A DNA stretch of 64,000 bases from a virus (IMGVR_UViG_3300010260_000160:2000-65999); one strand, 5' to 3'; counted from the first letter of the stretch, positions 33,501-41,198 are shown. The notes: generated by a model from the sequence alone, not told the origin. Numbers and translations: made by a program.

Positions 33501-35586
33501 CTCATCACAGCTCACAAGAGCCGACATTGCAGATGGAGCGAAGATTTCGCTGATGCAGTTGCCGTCAACTTACAGTTATCTCAAATTGAGGTATCTGCCA
33601 AATATGACGATAGACGGCATCACGCTTTCCAATCCTGCATCCGTCCGCACGCTCATTGTTGAAAACAATGCGAAGATTGATAGCGCAGAACTGCTCAGGA
33701 TGATTGCCGGAGCAAGCGGAAGTGCACTCCGAATTGTCCGTTCTACTCCTGTTAATATCTCCGGAAACGGTGATGAGCTGGAAGTTTGGTGCGGTCTTGG
33801 AATGACCGGTTTGGATGCAAACCTTACTGCTCAGGACCATCCGGCCATTGTCGGAACATACCAACTGACAAAGTTCAAGACAGATGAACAGATTGCCACT
33901 TGGCAGGCTGCCTTACCTGAACTCACTATCAGCAATACTCCGTGCACGGTGGTTGAGTTTGATGATTCTGAAACGGACTGCAAGAATATATCCAATCTTG
34001 ACAATGAGACTGGATATAAGTTCGGTAATGACTATGCTCCATCCGGGCATATCACGGCAATCCTTGAAAAGCGTCACGCGGTTCTTGGGAAATTGCAGAC
34101 AGACAATGCAATGCTGGTCGCACAACTTGATGATGCCGACCGCACCAGATATGCTCTGGATGGAAGTCCAGCCAACTTGAAGGGAGACCGTGACGAATCA
34201 TTGGCAGATGAGGGTGATGTCTTTATGTTTGAGCCTCATTACTTCTACAAGGGTATCAATGACTACCTCAACAATAAGAAATATCACGCATTCAGTTCTC
34301 TTGCCGAAACGCCACAAGATCTAGGAAAGGATTCTGTCAAAGTAAATCTTTCAGAACTTGTTTGCTATGATGGACGCGGACTGTCCGTATCAGCAATGGA
34401 AGTCGGTGCAGTCGTGGAGGATGCACTTACCGTTTATTCGACATACAATGTATATAAGATAGATGTTGAAGGCGTGAAGGTCATCCGTTTCCCTGCCTGT
34501 GTATCCGGAACATACGGAGCTGCATTTGCTGATGAGGATGGAAACTGCGTTGGCGTTGTGCGACTCGGCTCTCTGAATGGATATGTCAATGGTGACTATC
34601 TTTTCAAAGAGGTGCCTTCCAGTGCAAAGACACTGTATTTCACAACCGTTCATGCTCTTGATGCAAACTGCTATGCTGATTATTGCGTAAAAGCATATTC
34701 AACTGACATCACTGCCGTTGAACCAGACTGGGTGGAGCATGATGAATGTCTTTGCGCTATCTATGAAGCAAACTGCGCCAATGACATTATGCGTTCCATC
34801 TCCGGTGTCGCTGCTACCAATAATATGAAGTGCGGACAATATACGGAGATGGCATCTGCAAGAAAGAGTGGTGCCGGATTTCAATGTGTAGATTATGAGA
34901 TGTCGAAAGATGTCGCCAATCTGTTCTATGCGAAGTATGGCACAAGGGATTCCCAGATGCAATGCGGCTACGGTTCGGGAACGACAGCGGCAATCGCAGG
35001 AAAGACAGATTTCCTTGGTATGAAGGATACAATCAATCCAAATGGCGAGGCCAATTATGGGTTCTACTACAATTCTGCTGGAACGCTCACTTCAATTCCT
35101 GCGGTCAATGTTATGGGCTACGAGAACTGGCAGGGAGATTCCGGAGAATGGATGGATACTCGCAGGGTAGGTCTTGCCAATGGAGCGAAAGTAACTGATT
35201 CGCTTGGTGCATCCCGTTCAACGAAGGTTGGTGTATGGCAAATCAAGATGAATGACGGCTCTACCCGTGAGGTGCAGGGACAGACAGCGACTTCCAACTA
35301 CATTTCAAAAGTTGTGAACGGCAGATTTATGGATGTCATTGCATCTTATGCCAACGCAACCAGCACATCTGGATATGCTGACTATCATTGGTATAGCGGT
35401 TCCAGCTCCCGTGTGGTGCTCCGGTCGAGCAGCGGCGCGAGCGCGGATGGCGGCGTTGCGTGTGCGGATGCGTTCTACGATTCGTCGGATGCGCACGCGT
35501 ACTATGGTTCCCGTCTTGCCTTCCGCGGCAAAATCCGCTGGGCAAAGAGTGTCGAAGAATATAAGGCGGCACCGATGGCGGCGTAG
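27517..35586 (+). CDS. Large tail/adhesin protein with a C-terminal C-type-lectin-fold domain; DGR target 1
   Basis: 2689 aa; N-terminal repeats, beta-sandwich/LamG-like regions, a CotH-kinase-like segment, an LRR-like stretch, and GYENWQGDSGEWMD...VVLRS...YGSRLAF at the C-terminus containing VR1. Confidence 0.85.
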   Translation: MSDLRNLGLFATVDALWAEHPEGGQEGDYAFIGESEQTATKYRWNKYERIWENAATVTETSGKKSETFDGDKTINGNVSVGGNVKVTGDTKLQGNASVSGNLKVGGVLDAAKVKQPCCGLFDTLTALRTAYPTPEDGWWAVVGSTVPGPIYRAKNGVWSATGEEGGGAELDVTRITNIEEKNAEQDEKISELQTSDTQATRDRDTLWEHVNNIEYLLNGEEGENVSEAIENFKEVVEFLSGVKDDSTLIALLEALKAMATNGYSFKGVANPESRDLITFTELKPSQPEAYLALSEGEYWQFGWTSSLTPVDVATDTPRVLLGANEVAFVLYNNGWSAIKIDLAKKTYVDSKVSEIEKRLDNIGDEITALNVPAAIYNPTVEHPLSGGGYYSLEDNEHPSLSAVHVAKANGKAVKGLMMSFAISASVWKTYQFVGLTTEDVDWFNIDNWKDFGSLAAGSENYIIIDNLCGAPSVGDFYNLQSAVERLIAYQQTSGVTYAKRGLIISYLVAENTMETKMFNGALADFSEVGLWKDFGGGGSKVETKDEPQSDGKDAFSTGGAYNLLPTGIRVNTEEEGIVKLALVNANGEDITDEEQFSVGTGTGGGGGSATIVNINFEESPLYGNAGGNFILRASIRSITVVGLEEQDNTINTIELYDRDTNTLLEKVIVNKASSATSQTYDFVLDVSKYFSNAGVRRLKLVATDDTDHSASRNVNVTAVDVTISSVQTLQYTSSTALVAGGAAKSIPLYKFANNASDKGINAITEIYIGGEWKELGQAIITDTYSHGVSINPSNCLGQTLSHGAYPIRVHGVDVASGVVGNYLYSGIFVIDENSVTPLVVESWISETVNPVVKLYDTIEVQYAVYAPSSTFPTAQVYLDGVQVQSHTAYRSVSYTYRHQVTGVASDGTVSQIVKVRCGETYGPDASFLVSGSVIDAALKDGAIYAFDFSNRSNDEEDHTIESGGQSIVLNGSNWSTTGFKEFNGEMALRFAEDVTGTLSHRPFSKATVETNGLGIQFKFASKNLTDDNAVLMECRDANNGAGFYVTGRAVGIQVGTSKEERFYKQGEDITVDIVVEPALEGLGQTRNGTTYYFMKLYLNGEEVAVLSYIPGQSNLVQNSDIRFYGTEGDFYLYYCIAWEDYFLFDQAFQNYLVKLTDTTAMAEEYDFENVMASQAVTELGILSTKLRPQAAALAERGLPYIIECPYNGSDIEALDNTTSTKTNNYVILYYIDPLRPWTNFVAYDVRRRNQGTTSAKRPVKNPRYYFAQKYGSTYDKATKTGGTRIVLLNPDNTTEEGRRAIALAAINKVQINGSSIPVDIITVKVDFSDSSNANDCGVCDMMNATFRALGGQYLTPAQRAFDGTWKKGSIELEGLVMNHSTANFPVAMYRSKSESGSEPYFHAKGNWKEDKKEQTALGFINTPGYTLGCLNYGEFIEFYGQKGESLADEKARFLSTSGLNTGETYILTQYCGPSYIIMEYNGTNWEEQTGSMVQNANGKWTVTGKVLNPTDGFELLNYQGMDWFKGVSSVDDLMAPSTQYSKWVQTLIDNGDISIQSAPAWTYYFECLVDDDDLAIAYALGKKVPYNLLRWMMFCDSCDYDKYAGTALSRWRTGLWKYASPYSCLAYDVFTDYSAAVDQRAKNMQPMWFLEDGCKIVNGVIYNQDGETYEAATGMMPMRMYLNKVYDCDTCNGKDNDGGQTIDAEVDPNRMPDETFVNPYAGYNSTLFRNIFLQPEVIVDADGTLLNLQTVASAMRSCTATVDGITLHPFSPEGAKHFFIDRRISRWPKKVSSYDGERKYIDFTSTTADTLYFYALQGLGLTSLPAFIERRYRYRDGFFGTGDFFSGVLAGRVNAPAGATIKIKAAKSGYFGIGNDSSGSLSEKVYLEAGQEYAFTNFSHEEGALLYIYQADRMSMIDLSQIALSDNFSFAVMTLAEKIVLGYEGKQDLSILSYNKLTNLQLGELPFLKTLDIRGTIITNVNAENCPRLESLYAASSQLTRADIADGAKISLMQLPSTYSYLKLRYLPNMTIDGITLSNPASVRTLIVENNAKIDSAELLRMIAGASGSALRIVRSTPVNISGNGDELEVWCGLGMTGLDANLTAQDHPAIVGTYQLTKFKTDEQIATWQAALPELTISNTPCTVVEFDDSETDCKNISNLDNETGYKFGNDYAPSGHITAILEKRHAVLGKLQTDNAMLVAQLDDADRTRYALDGSPANLKGDRDESLADEGDVFMFEPHYFYKGINDYLNNKKYHAFSSLAETPQDLGKDSVKVNLSELVCYDGRGLSVSAMEVGAVVEDALTVYSTYNVYKIDVEGVKVIRFPACVSGTYGAAFADEDGNCVGVVRLGSLNGYVNGDYLFKEVPSSAKTLYFTTVHALDANCYADYCVKAYSTDITAVEPDWVEHDECLCAIYEANCANDIMRSISGVAATNNMKCGQYTEMASARKSGAGFQCVDYEMSKDVANLFYAKYGTRDSQMQCGYGSGTTAAIAGKTDFLGMKDTINPNGEANYGFYYNSAGTLTSIPAVNVMGYENWQGDSGEWMDTRRVGLANGAKVTDSLGASRSTKVGVWQIKMNDGSTREVQGQTATSNYISKVVNGRFMDVIASYANATSTSGYADYHWYSGSSSRVVLRSSSGASADGGVACADAFYDSSDAHAYYGSRLAFRGKIRWAKSVEEYKAAPMAA
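35404..35523 (+). repeat. DGR variable repeat VR1
   Basis: Aligns without gaps to the TR. All 15 mismatches in the first 116 nt fall at TR adenines. Ends GCCTTC where the TR has GCAAAC. Confidence 0.97.
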
Positions 35587-35600
35587 AATTGTGTGAGGGT

Positions 35601-35633
35601 ATGCGGGCGACCGCTTTAAGTGGTTGCCCGCAT
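35601..35633 (+). other. GC-rich hairpin between target gene 1 and the TR
   Basis: ATGCGGGCGACCGC-TTTAA-GTGGTTGCCCGCAT: 14-bp stem whose two imperfect positions are both G:U pairs. Confidence 0.75.
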
Positions 35634-35639
35634 TGAACT

Positions 35640-36039
35640 CAAAAATTATAAAATGGTGGATTCTCCCAAGCTCCCGTGTGGTGCTCCGGTCGAACAACAA
35701 CGCGAACGCGAATGGCGGCGTTGCGTATGCGAATGCGAACAACGATTCGTCGAATGCGAACACGAACTATGGTTCCCGTCTTGCAAACAATGAGTAAGAG
35801 TAATAAATAAAAAGTGTTAGACGCTTTCGGGACATATCTTTGTCACAGAAGATAGTCTCTAATAGATGTGCCTATTGAATGGGAGGACGAGTTCCTCCGT
35901 ATCGATGCACAGGGAGATGAACCACGGCAACAGCGGCAGGATGCCGGAAAGCCGAAAAATATACCACGAGGTAGGGTTTAGTAGGGACCACAATGGTCAG
36001 CCGAACAAGCTGTGCCTCAAAAATTGAAGGCGTTAAAAA
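35640..36039 (+). ncRNA. Putative DGR RNA (TR plus downstream spacer); boundaries approximate
   Basis: Stretch with no recognisable protein gene, containing the TR and a 250-nt spacer with local hairpins (GGAGGA-CGAGT-TCCTCC, 35882-35898). DGR RNAs are known to include the TR and flanking spacer. Confidence 0.55.
35669..35788 (+). repeat. DGR template repeat (TR)
   Basis: AGCTCCCGTGTGGTGCTCCGGTCGAACAACAAC...AACTATGGTTCCCGTCTTGCAAAC; 11 AAY codons in the target frame; lies immediately upstream of the RT. Confidence 0.97.
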
Positions 36040-37470
36040 TTGAAACGGGTTGGTAAAAAAGACAACCTTATCGCTGAGATAGTCCGTGAAGAACATCTGA
36101 ACTATTCAATAGACCAGGTGCTCGACACGAAAGCGAAGCGTAAAAGCCTCGGAGGACGAAAGATTCTCCGAAACAGGGAACAAGTTGTCCAAAGGCTGAA
36201 AAAGGAAATATCCGAAGGAACATTTGAACTTCACGGATATAGCGAGAGAGATGTCAAGGACGGCCCCAAAACCCGTAAGGTGCAATGTACCTGCTTATAT
36301 GACCGCATAGGACTATATGCCATAATGGATATAGTTGAGGCCTATGTAAAAAAGAAGTACATCAACACCACTGCTGCCAGCATCAAGGGACGCGGAATGC
36401 ACTACCTCTTGAATGCGTTGAGAAAAAACATCCGCGAGGACCCGGAAGGAATGCAGTTCTTTTACAAGAATGACATCCGGAAGTTCTATGAAAGCATAAA
36501 TCAGGACATAATGATGAATGCCCTGCGGATGATATTCAAGGACAAAATCCTTCTGACTATGTTGGAAAGATTTGTCCGGATGATGCCGAATGGATTGTCC
36601 ATAGGCCTGCGGAGTTCGCAGGGATTTGGAAATATGCTGCTGTCAATCTACCTGGATCATAAACTGAAGGACCAGATGGGAGTGAAGCATTATTACAGAT
36701 ACTGCGATGATGGTGATGCCCACGCAAGTACGAAACGAGATTGTTGGAAGATTCGTGACGCACAGCATCAGTTTCTGGCCAAGGCGAAATTAGAAATAAA
36801 ACCTAATGAAGCCGTGAGCCCAATAACGGAAGGCGTGGACTTTCTGGGATATGTTATTTATCCGGAACACACAAGGCTCCGCAAGCGTAACAAACAGAAC
36901 GCTGCCAGAAAACTGCATAAGGTTAAAAGCCAGAAACGGCGTGTTGAGATTATCGGCTCACTGTATGGACAATGCAAGCATGCAAACTGTCGGAACTTAT
37001 TCAGAACCTTAACGGGAATGAGTATGGAAGAATATAAGAGACTGAAAGATTACAAATTCAAGCCGGAATATCCGGATGGAAAGAAACGATTTGTCGCAAG
37101 GGAAATAAACCTCTGCGACATAAGCCGTGAGGAAGTCCTTGTAATGGATTTCGAGACTGGCATCATTACGGCTCCACAGAAGAAAGACTATCAGAAGAAA
37201 GTGGATGCTGCCGCAAGACAGATGCAAAAATATCTTGATGATGGTCTTGCCATCCCGAAGAATTTCAAAGGTCCTGATGAGATTGAACTTCCCGAAGGCA
37301 AACACATCGTTCTCATACAGAGAAAGAACGGAGAGTTCCGAAAGTTCTACACCGGCGACAAGGAAAACTGGAGCATTCTTGAGCAGATGAGGAAAGCCGG
37401 ACTTCCTATTTGGGCCGGATTCAAGGAAGTGCCTACAAAGTTCGGTGTGCGTTATGTCTTCGACTGTTAA
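36040..37470 (+). CDS. DGR reverse transcriptase with a C-terminal extension (TTG start)
   Basis: GLSIGLRSSQGFGN (DGR-type SQ motif), YYRYCDD catalytic motif, GVDFLGY; about 150 extra residues after Met327. Confidence 0.95.
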   Translation: MKRVGKKDNLIAEIVREEHLNYSIDQVLDTKAKRKSLGGRKILRNREQVVQRLKKEISEGTFELHGYSERDVKDGPKTRKVQCTCLYDRIGLYAIMDIVEAYVKKKYINTTAASIKGRGMHYLLNALRKNIREDPEGMQFFYKNDIRKFYESINQDIMMNALRMIFKDKILLTMLERFVRMMPNGLSIGLRSSQGFGNMLLSIYLDHKLKDQMGVKHYYRYCDDGDAHASTKRDCWKIRDAQHQFLAKAKLEIKPNEAVSPITEGVDFLGYVIYPEHTRLRKRNKQNAARKLHKVKSQKRRVEIIGSLYGQCKHANCRNLFRTLTGMSMEEYKRLKDYKFKPEYPDGKKRFVAREINLCDISREEVLVMDFETGIITAPQKKDYQKKVDAAARQMQKYLDDGLAIPKNFKGPDEIELPEGKHIVLIQRKNGEFRKFYTGDKENWSILEQMRKAGLPIWAGFKEVPTKFGVRYVFDC

Positions 37471-37482
37471 ACACATAAGGAT

Positions 37483-37986
37483 ATGATTAGAGCGTCATCA
37501 GGAGCGGAGCCGAAATACCTCCGCATTGCCAACAAGCGTCTCGGGAAGTTCGCTGTGGCCTTTGATGTGAAAAGGGAAGACGATGGTAATTTCTCTTTTA
37601 TGGAGGAAACATTCGAACACCTTCCGTCAAAGGAAGACATTCGCCAAGTCATAAACGCATACTATAATGAGCAGACAGAAAAGGACATCATTACTGGCTT
37701 TGTTTATGATGGCATTCCTGTCTGGCTTTCAAGTGAGAATCAGTTCAATTTCAAAGCTGCCTTTGACCTTGCCATTCAGACATCAGGAAGTTCGCTTCCG
37801 GTAAAGTTCAAGTTCGGCACTGATTCGGAACCGGTGTACAAATCATTCAGCACTGTTGAGGAATTGAAGGATTTCTACACGAAGGCCATAGCCTATATTC
37901 AGAAATGTCTTGAAGACGGATGGCAGAAAAAGGATTCTGTCGATTATACAATTTATGTACTTTCTAAAGAGGAGGATTCGCTATGA
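37483..37986 (+). CDS. DUF4376-like protein, putative tail-fibre chaperone
   Basis: VWLSSENQFNFKAAFDLA...LPVKFKFG...IQKCLEDGWQKKD pattern; located next to the tail/DGR cassette. Confidence 0.55.
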   Translation: MIRASSGAEPKYLRIANKRLGKFAVAFDVKREDDGNFSFMEETFEHLPSKEDIRQVINAYYNEQTEKDIITGFVYDGIPVWLSSENQFNFKAAFDLAIQTSGSSLPVKFKFGTDSEPVYKSFSTVEELKDFYTKAIAYIQKCLEDGWQKKDSVDYTIYVLSKEEDSL

Positions 37987-38456
37987 CATCTGTGGTTCTC
38001 TCCAGCATTTTGCTTAAAATGGTTATTACGGTGATGCTGCTCGTGCTGGTGGCAATGATTATCGACCTGGGAAGCGGTCTTTACAAGGCGAAGCAGCGCG
38101 GGGAACTTCGCACATCGGAAGCGTTGAAACGCACACTGACAAAGTTCATCAGTTACGAAGGAGGACTGGTCATTGCCGCAATGGTTGATATGCTAATCAA
38201 TATGGCCCACTTCTTTGAGCTGTTCGGTGTCAATGCGTTGTCAAACATCCCTGTCGTAACGATTCTCGTTGGCATCTTCCTTCTGATTGTAGAGTTTATG
38301 TCGGTGCGAGAGAAAGCCGACCAGAAGACAAAGAAGCAACAGGCAGACGCGGCTGCACTCATCGCTAAACTAATCACAAAAGAAGACTTCAAGGAGATGA
38401 TAGAGACTTTGAAGAACAACCAAAATTCAAAAAGTGAAAATGAAATAGTTGATTGA
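37983..38456 (+). CDS. Holin
   Basis: 157 aa, three hydrophobic segments and a charged C-terminus; directly upstream of the amidase. Confidence 0.75.
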   Translation: MTSVVLSSILLKMVITVMLLVLVAMIIDLGSGLYKAKQRGELRTSEALKRTLTKFISYEGGLVIAAMVDMLINMAHFFELFGVNALSNIPVVTILVGIFLLIVEFMSVREKADQKTKKQQADAAALIAKLITKEDFKEMIETLKNNQNSKSENEIVD

Positions 38457-38459
38457 TAT

Positions 38460-39143
38460 ATGAACGGAATCAAATTACCTGTCATTCTCATCGACAATGG
38501 CCACGGCAAGAATACTCCGGGGAAACGCTCTCCGGATGCCGTATTGGAGAAATACGCATCTCCATATTTCTTTCGTGAATACAAATACACAAGGGATATT
38601 GCAAAATCACTTTCATCCGCATTGAAGGAGAAAGGCATCACAAACTTCCTGCTGGTGAAGGAGGAAGAAGACATTGCCCTTTCGGAACGGACAGAACGGG
38701 TAAAAGCCTATTGCCGTCAATACGGCACGGCTAATGTCATTCTGGTCAGCATCCATGTAGATGCAGCCGCTGACAGCTCCGAGTGGAAGAATGCACGAGG
38801 ATGGTCCGTGTGGACATCTCCTGGCAAAACGGAATCTGACATACTTGCAACTTCACTTCACGATGCGGCAATCGAATTTCTTGAGAATGGCGAATACGGA
38901 AAAACAGAGTTCTCAAAGAGACAGAAGCCAATCCGTTCAGACTTGTCTGATGGAGATGTGGATTTTGAAGCAAATTTCTGGATCTTACGCAAGACTCCGT
39001 GCACTGCCGTACTGACGGAAAACCTGTTCCAAGACAACAAGGAAGATGTTGCATTCCTATTGTCTGAATCAGGACGCAATGCAATCGTAAATCTGCATTG
39101 CAAGGGAATCATTGACTACATTAACAACTCAAAGAAATGGTAA
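38460..39143 (+). CDS. Endolysin, N-acetylmuramoyl-L-alanine amidase (Amidase_3)
   Basis: IDNGHG, RE, SIHVDA and LTENLF zinc-binding/catalytic motifs. Confidence 0.92.
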   Translation: MNGIKLPVILIDNGHGKNTPGKRSPDAVLEKYASPYFFREYKYTRDIAKSLSSALKEKGITNFLLVKEEEDIALSERTERVKAYCRQYGTANVILVSIHVDAAADSSEWKNARGWSVWTSPGKTESDILATSLHDAAIEFLENGEYGKTEFSKRQKPIRSDLSDGDVDFEANFWILRKTPCTAVLTENLFQDNKEDVAFLLSESGRNAIVNLHCKGIIDYINNSKKW

Positions 39144-39658
39144 GAAAACTATCAGTCATTGCTTTGTCTTTCATACTTGCAATGACCTCCTGCGGCACAT
39201 CAAAAGCCGTTCAGGAAAACTCATACACTGAAACGAAGAAAGATTCAGTACATGTTGAGGTACAAACACGAATTGTATATGACACTGTACTGGTTGAATT
39301 ACCCGTGGAAAGAGAGAAGAATATCACACCGGATGATTCTTCCCATCTCGAAAACTCTGTTGCAGTAAGTGATGCTTGTATTCGTGACGGAAGATTAGTT
39401 CACACGCTTGAAACAAAACAGGCCAAAATACAGGTCCCGGTATCCGTACCCGTTTCTGATACGACCAAAACGAGCACAAGCATAATTGAGACGGAGAAAA
39501 GAGAAGTGGAACATCAGATAGAATACATAGAGAAAGATTTGTCCTGGTGGCAGCGAACACAGATATATGGATTCTGGTGTATGCTGATGATTGCAATCCT
39601 TTCTTTTGCTTGGAGATACAGGAACAAGATAATTCCACTGATAAGGAGATTCATCTAA
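39137..39658 (+). CDS. Lipoprotein with a C-terminal transmembrane helix, putative spanin
   Basis: Signal peptide ending AMTSC (Cys19) plus the C-terminal hydrophobic helix IYGFWCMLMIAILSFAW; last gene of the lysis cassette. Confidence 0.65.
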   Translation: MVRKLSVIALSFILAMTSCGTSKAVQENSYTETKKDSVHVEVQTRIVYDTVLVELPVEREKNITPDDSSHLENSVAVSDACIRDGRLVHTLETKQAKIQVPVSVPVSDTTKTSTSIIETEKREVEHQIEYIEKDLSWWQRTQIYGFWCMLMIAILSFAWRYRNKIIPLIRRFI

Positions 39659-39708
39659 ATGTAAATAATAAACTGCCGTTTGATGCAGTTGATAATATAT
39701 TTGTGAAT

Positions 39709-40194
39709 ATGACAACGGTAACATTCACAGTACGGAAGGCAAATGTCTATGATGAGGTCGCAAAAACCACCTCATACACCGGCTCAAAGATGACCGGTGA
39801 TGCCACTGCGTATCAGCGTATCTTTACGACTGATGCTGACCGTTTGATGCTTGAAAGGTTCTGGACGGAAGCCTGCAACTCCGTTGCTGACTTATTCAAG
39901 CCTTTCCTCACCTCTATTTCCGACATCACAGAAAGTCATCACGCAGATATTACTAAGAATTTCACTGCGGTGCTGGAGTTGTCCGGTTCATACGATACGG
40001 CCCTCAACCAGTCTATTGAGAGTTCGCTTTTCAGTTTCTTCACGAATCTTATAGTCAGCAAATGGTATGAGTTCTCGAATAAGAACGAAGCAGCGACATA
40101 TGCGACTACTGCTGCAGCGATGCTTGAAGATGTACGGTCGAAAATATATTTTCGGAAGAAGCCACGCAGGATTCCTCCGACTGAAACAGAATAA
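39709..40194 (+). CDS. Putative tail ring/connector protein, paralogue 1
   Basis: Start moved to MTTVTF (39709); the longer track ORF overlaps the spanin gene. C-terminal motif IVSKWYEFSNKNEAATY is shared with paralogues 2 and 3. Confidence 0.55.
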   Translation: MTTVTFTVRKANVYDEVAKTTSYTGSKMTGDATAYQRIFTTDADRLMLERFWTEACNSVADLFKPFLTSISDITESHHADITKNFTAVLELSGSYDTALNQSIESSLFSFFTNLIVSKWYEFSNKNEAATYATTAAAMLEDVRSKIYFRKKPRRIPPTETE

Positions 40195-40205
40195 TACTTT
40201 TAGAT

Positions 40206-40682
40206 ATGGCAAAGGAAAACAAGACTATCTGCATCGACTTTGACGGTGTGCTTGCAGATTATTCCGAAGGGTATCAGGGCAAGGACAAGTTCGGCGAGAT
40301 GATTCCCGGGGCAGATGTGGCATCCCAGGTCCTGAAGGATAAAGGCTGGACCATCATCATATACACCACCCGTCCGGCCACCGCAGCCCTCAAGAAATGG
40401 CTTGAGAAGAACAACATCAAGTATGACTACATCAATGAGAATCCGAATCAACCGGAAGATAGCAAGGATGGCTGCAAGATTGCTGCCGACATCTATCTTG
40501 ATGACCGTGGTATGACCTTCCGAGGTCAATGGACTGACTGGCTGATTCGTGAGATTGCAGAGTTCCAGCCGTGCAGTGCAAAGAAACCGGACCAGAAGAA
40601 ACAGATGGAAAAGGCATACGATGAGGGAAAGAACTGGCTCAAGAGAACTCGAGAAGCCCTTGCAGTTGATTCTTGCATATAA
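40206..40682 (+). CDS. HAD-superfamily phosphatase
   Basis: CIDFDGV (motif I), IYTTR (motif II), KIAADIYLDD (motifs III/IV); capless type. Confidence 0.8.
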   Translation: MAKENKTICIDFDGVLADYSEGYQGKDKFGEMIPGADVASQVLKDKGWTIIIYTTRPATAALKKWLEKNNIKYDYINENPNQPEDSKDGCKIAADIYLDDRGMTFRGQWTDWLIREIAEFQPCSAKKPDQKKQMEKAYDEGKNWLKRTREALAVDSCI

Positions 40683-40700
40683 TCTTAAAACTACTACGAT

Positions 40701-41198
40701 ATGGCAAAAGTCCCATTAACCATTACCCTGTATATGTCAGAGATTATTTACAGGGTTCAGAACAAGACCTACCTTACCGGACGCAGCCGTCAGAACGGTA
40801 ACAACCACGAGGAGGTAGCCAATATGCAGAACAACGATGATGAGGAGAACAAGAATCAGATTCTTCTCTCCATCGGCAATGCTTTTGCAACACTCAAAAC
40901 AAAGCTGTCCGAGTGGCTTGATGAATCTACCACTTCTGCCAGCAACGCACAGATTAAGGAGAATGCAAACCTTACTCTGACACTCCAGATGCCGTCAAAT
41001 TACAACAAGTCCACGAAGGATTCCATAGCGACAATGGCCAGCGACTACATTGTTAATGTGGCAATCGGTGACTGGTTCCAGATTACCAACAAGAATGACG
41101 CGAAGGATTACTTCGATGCGGCCGGAGCAAATCTTGCATCAATCCGTGAAGCAGCCAACAAACGCATTCGTCCTACCCGTACTGAGGTGAGTGCATAA
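40701..41198 (+). CDS. Putative tail ring/connector protein, paralogue 2
   Basis: AIGDWFQITNKNDAKDY motif; same length class as paralogues 1 and 3. Confidence 0.55.
   Translation: MAKVPLTITLYMSEIIYRVQNKTYLTGRSRQNGNNHEEVANMQNNDDEENKNQILLSIGNAFATLKTKLSEWLDESTTSASNAQIKENANLTLTLQMPSNYNKSTKDSIATMASDYIVNVAIGDWFQITNKNDAKDYFDAAGANLASIREAANKRIRPTRTEVSA

Noticed and set aside
35305-35763. 152-aa minus-strand ORF across VR1 and the TR as a possible avd or accessory gene
   Set aside because: It is the antisense shadow of the GC-rich repeats, overlaps the target gene and has no Avd-like helical character. The same shadow peptide appears at 47396-47872.
35690-35770. Repeating GCGAAC/AAC units as a CRISPR array or tandem repeat
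   Set aside because: These are the AAY codons of the DGR template repeat; there is no repeat-spacer periodicity. No CRISPR array was seen anywhere in the window.
36040-37470. RT as a group II intron, retron or Abi RT
   Set aside because: The adjacent TR/VR pair with adenine-specific differences and the IGxxxSQ motif identify it as a DGR RT.
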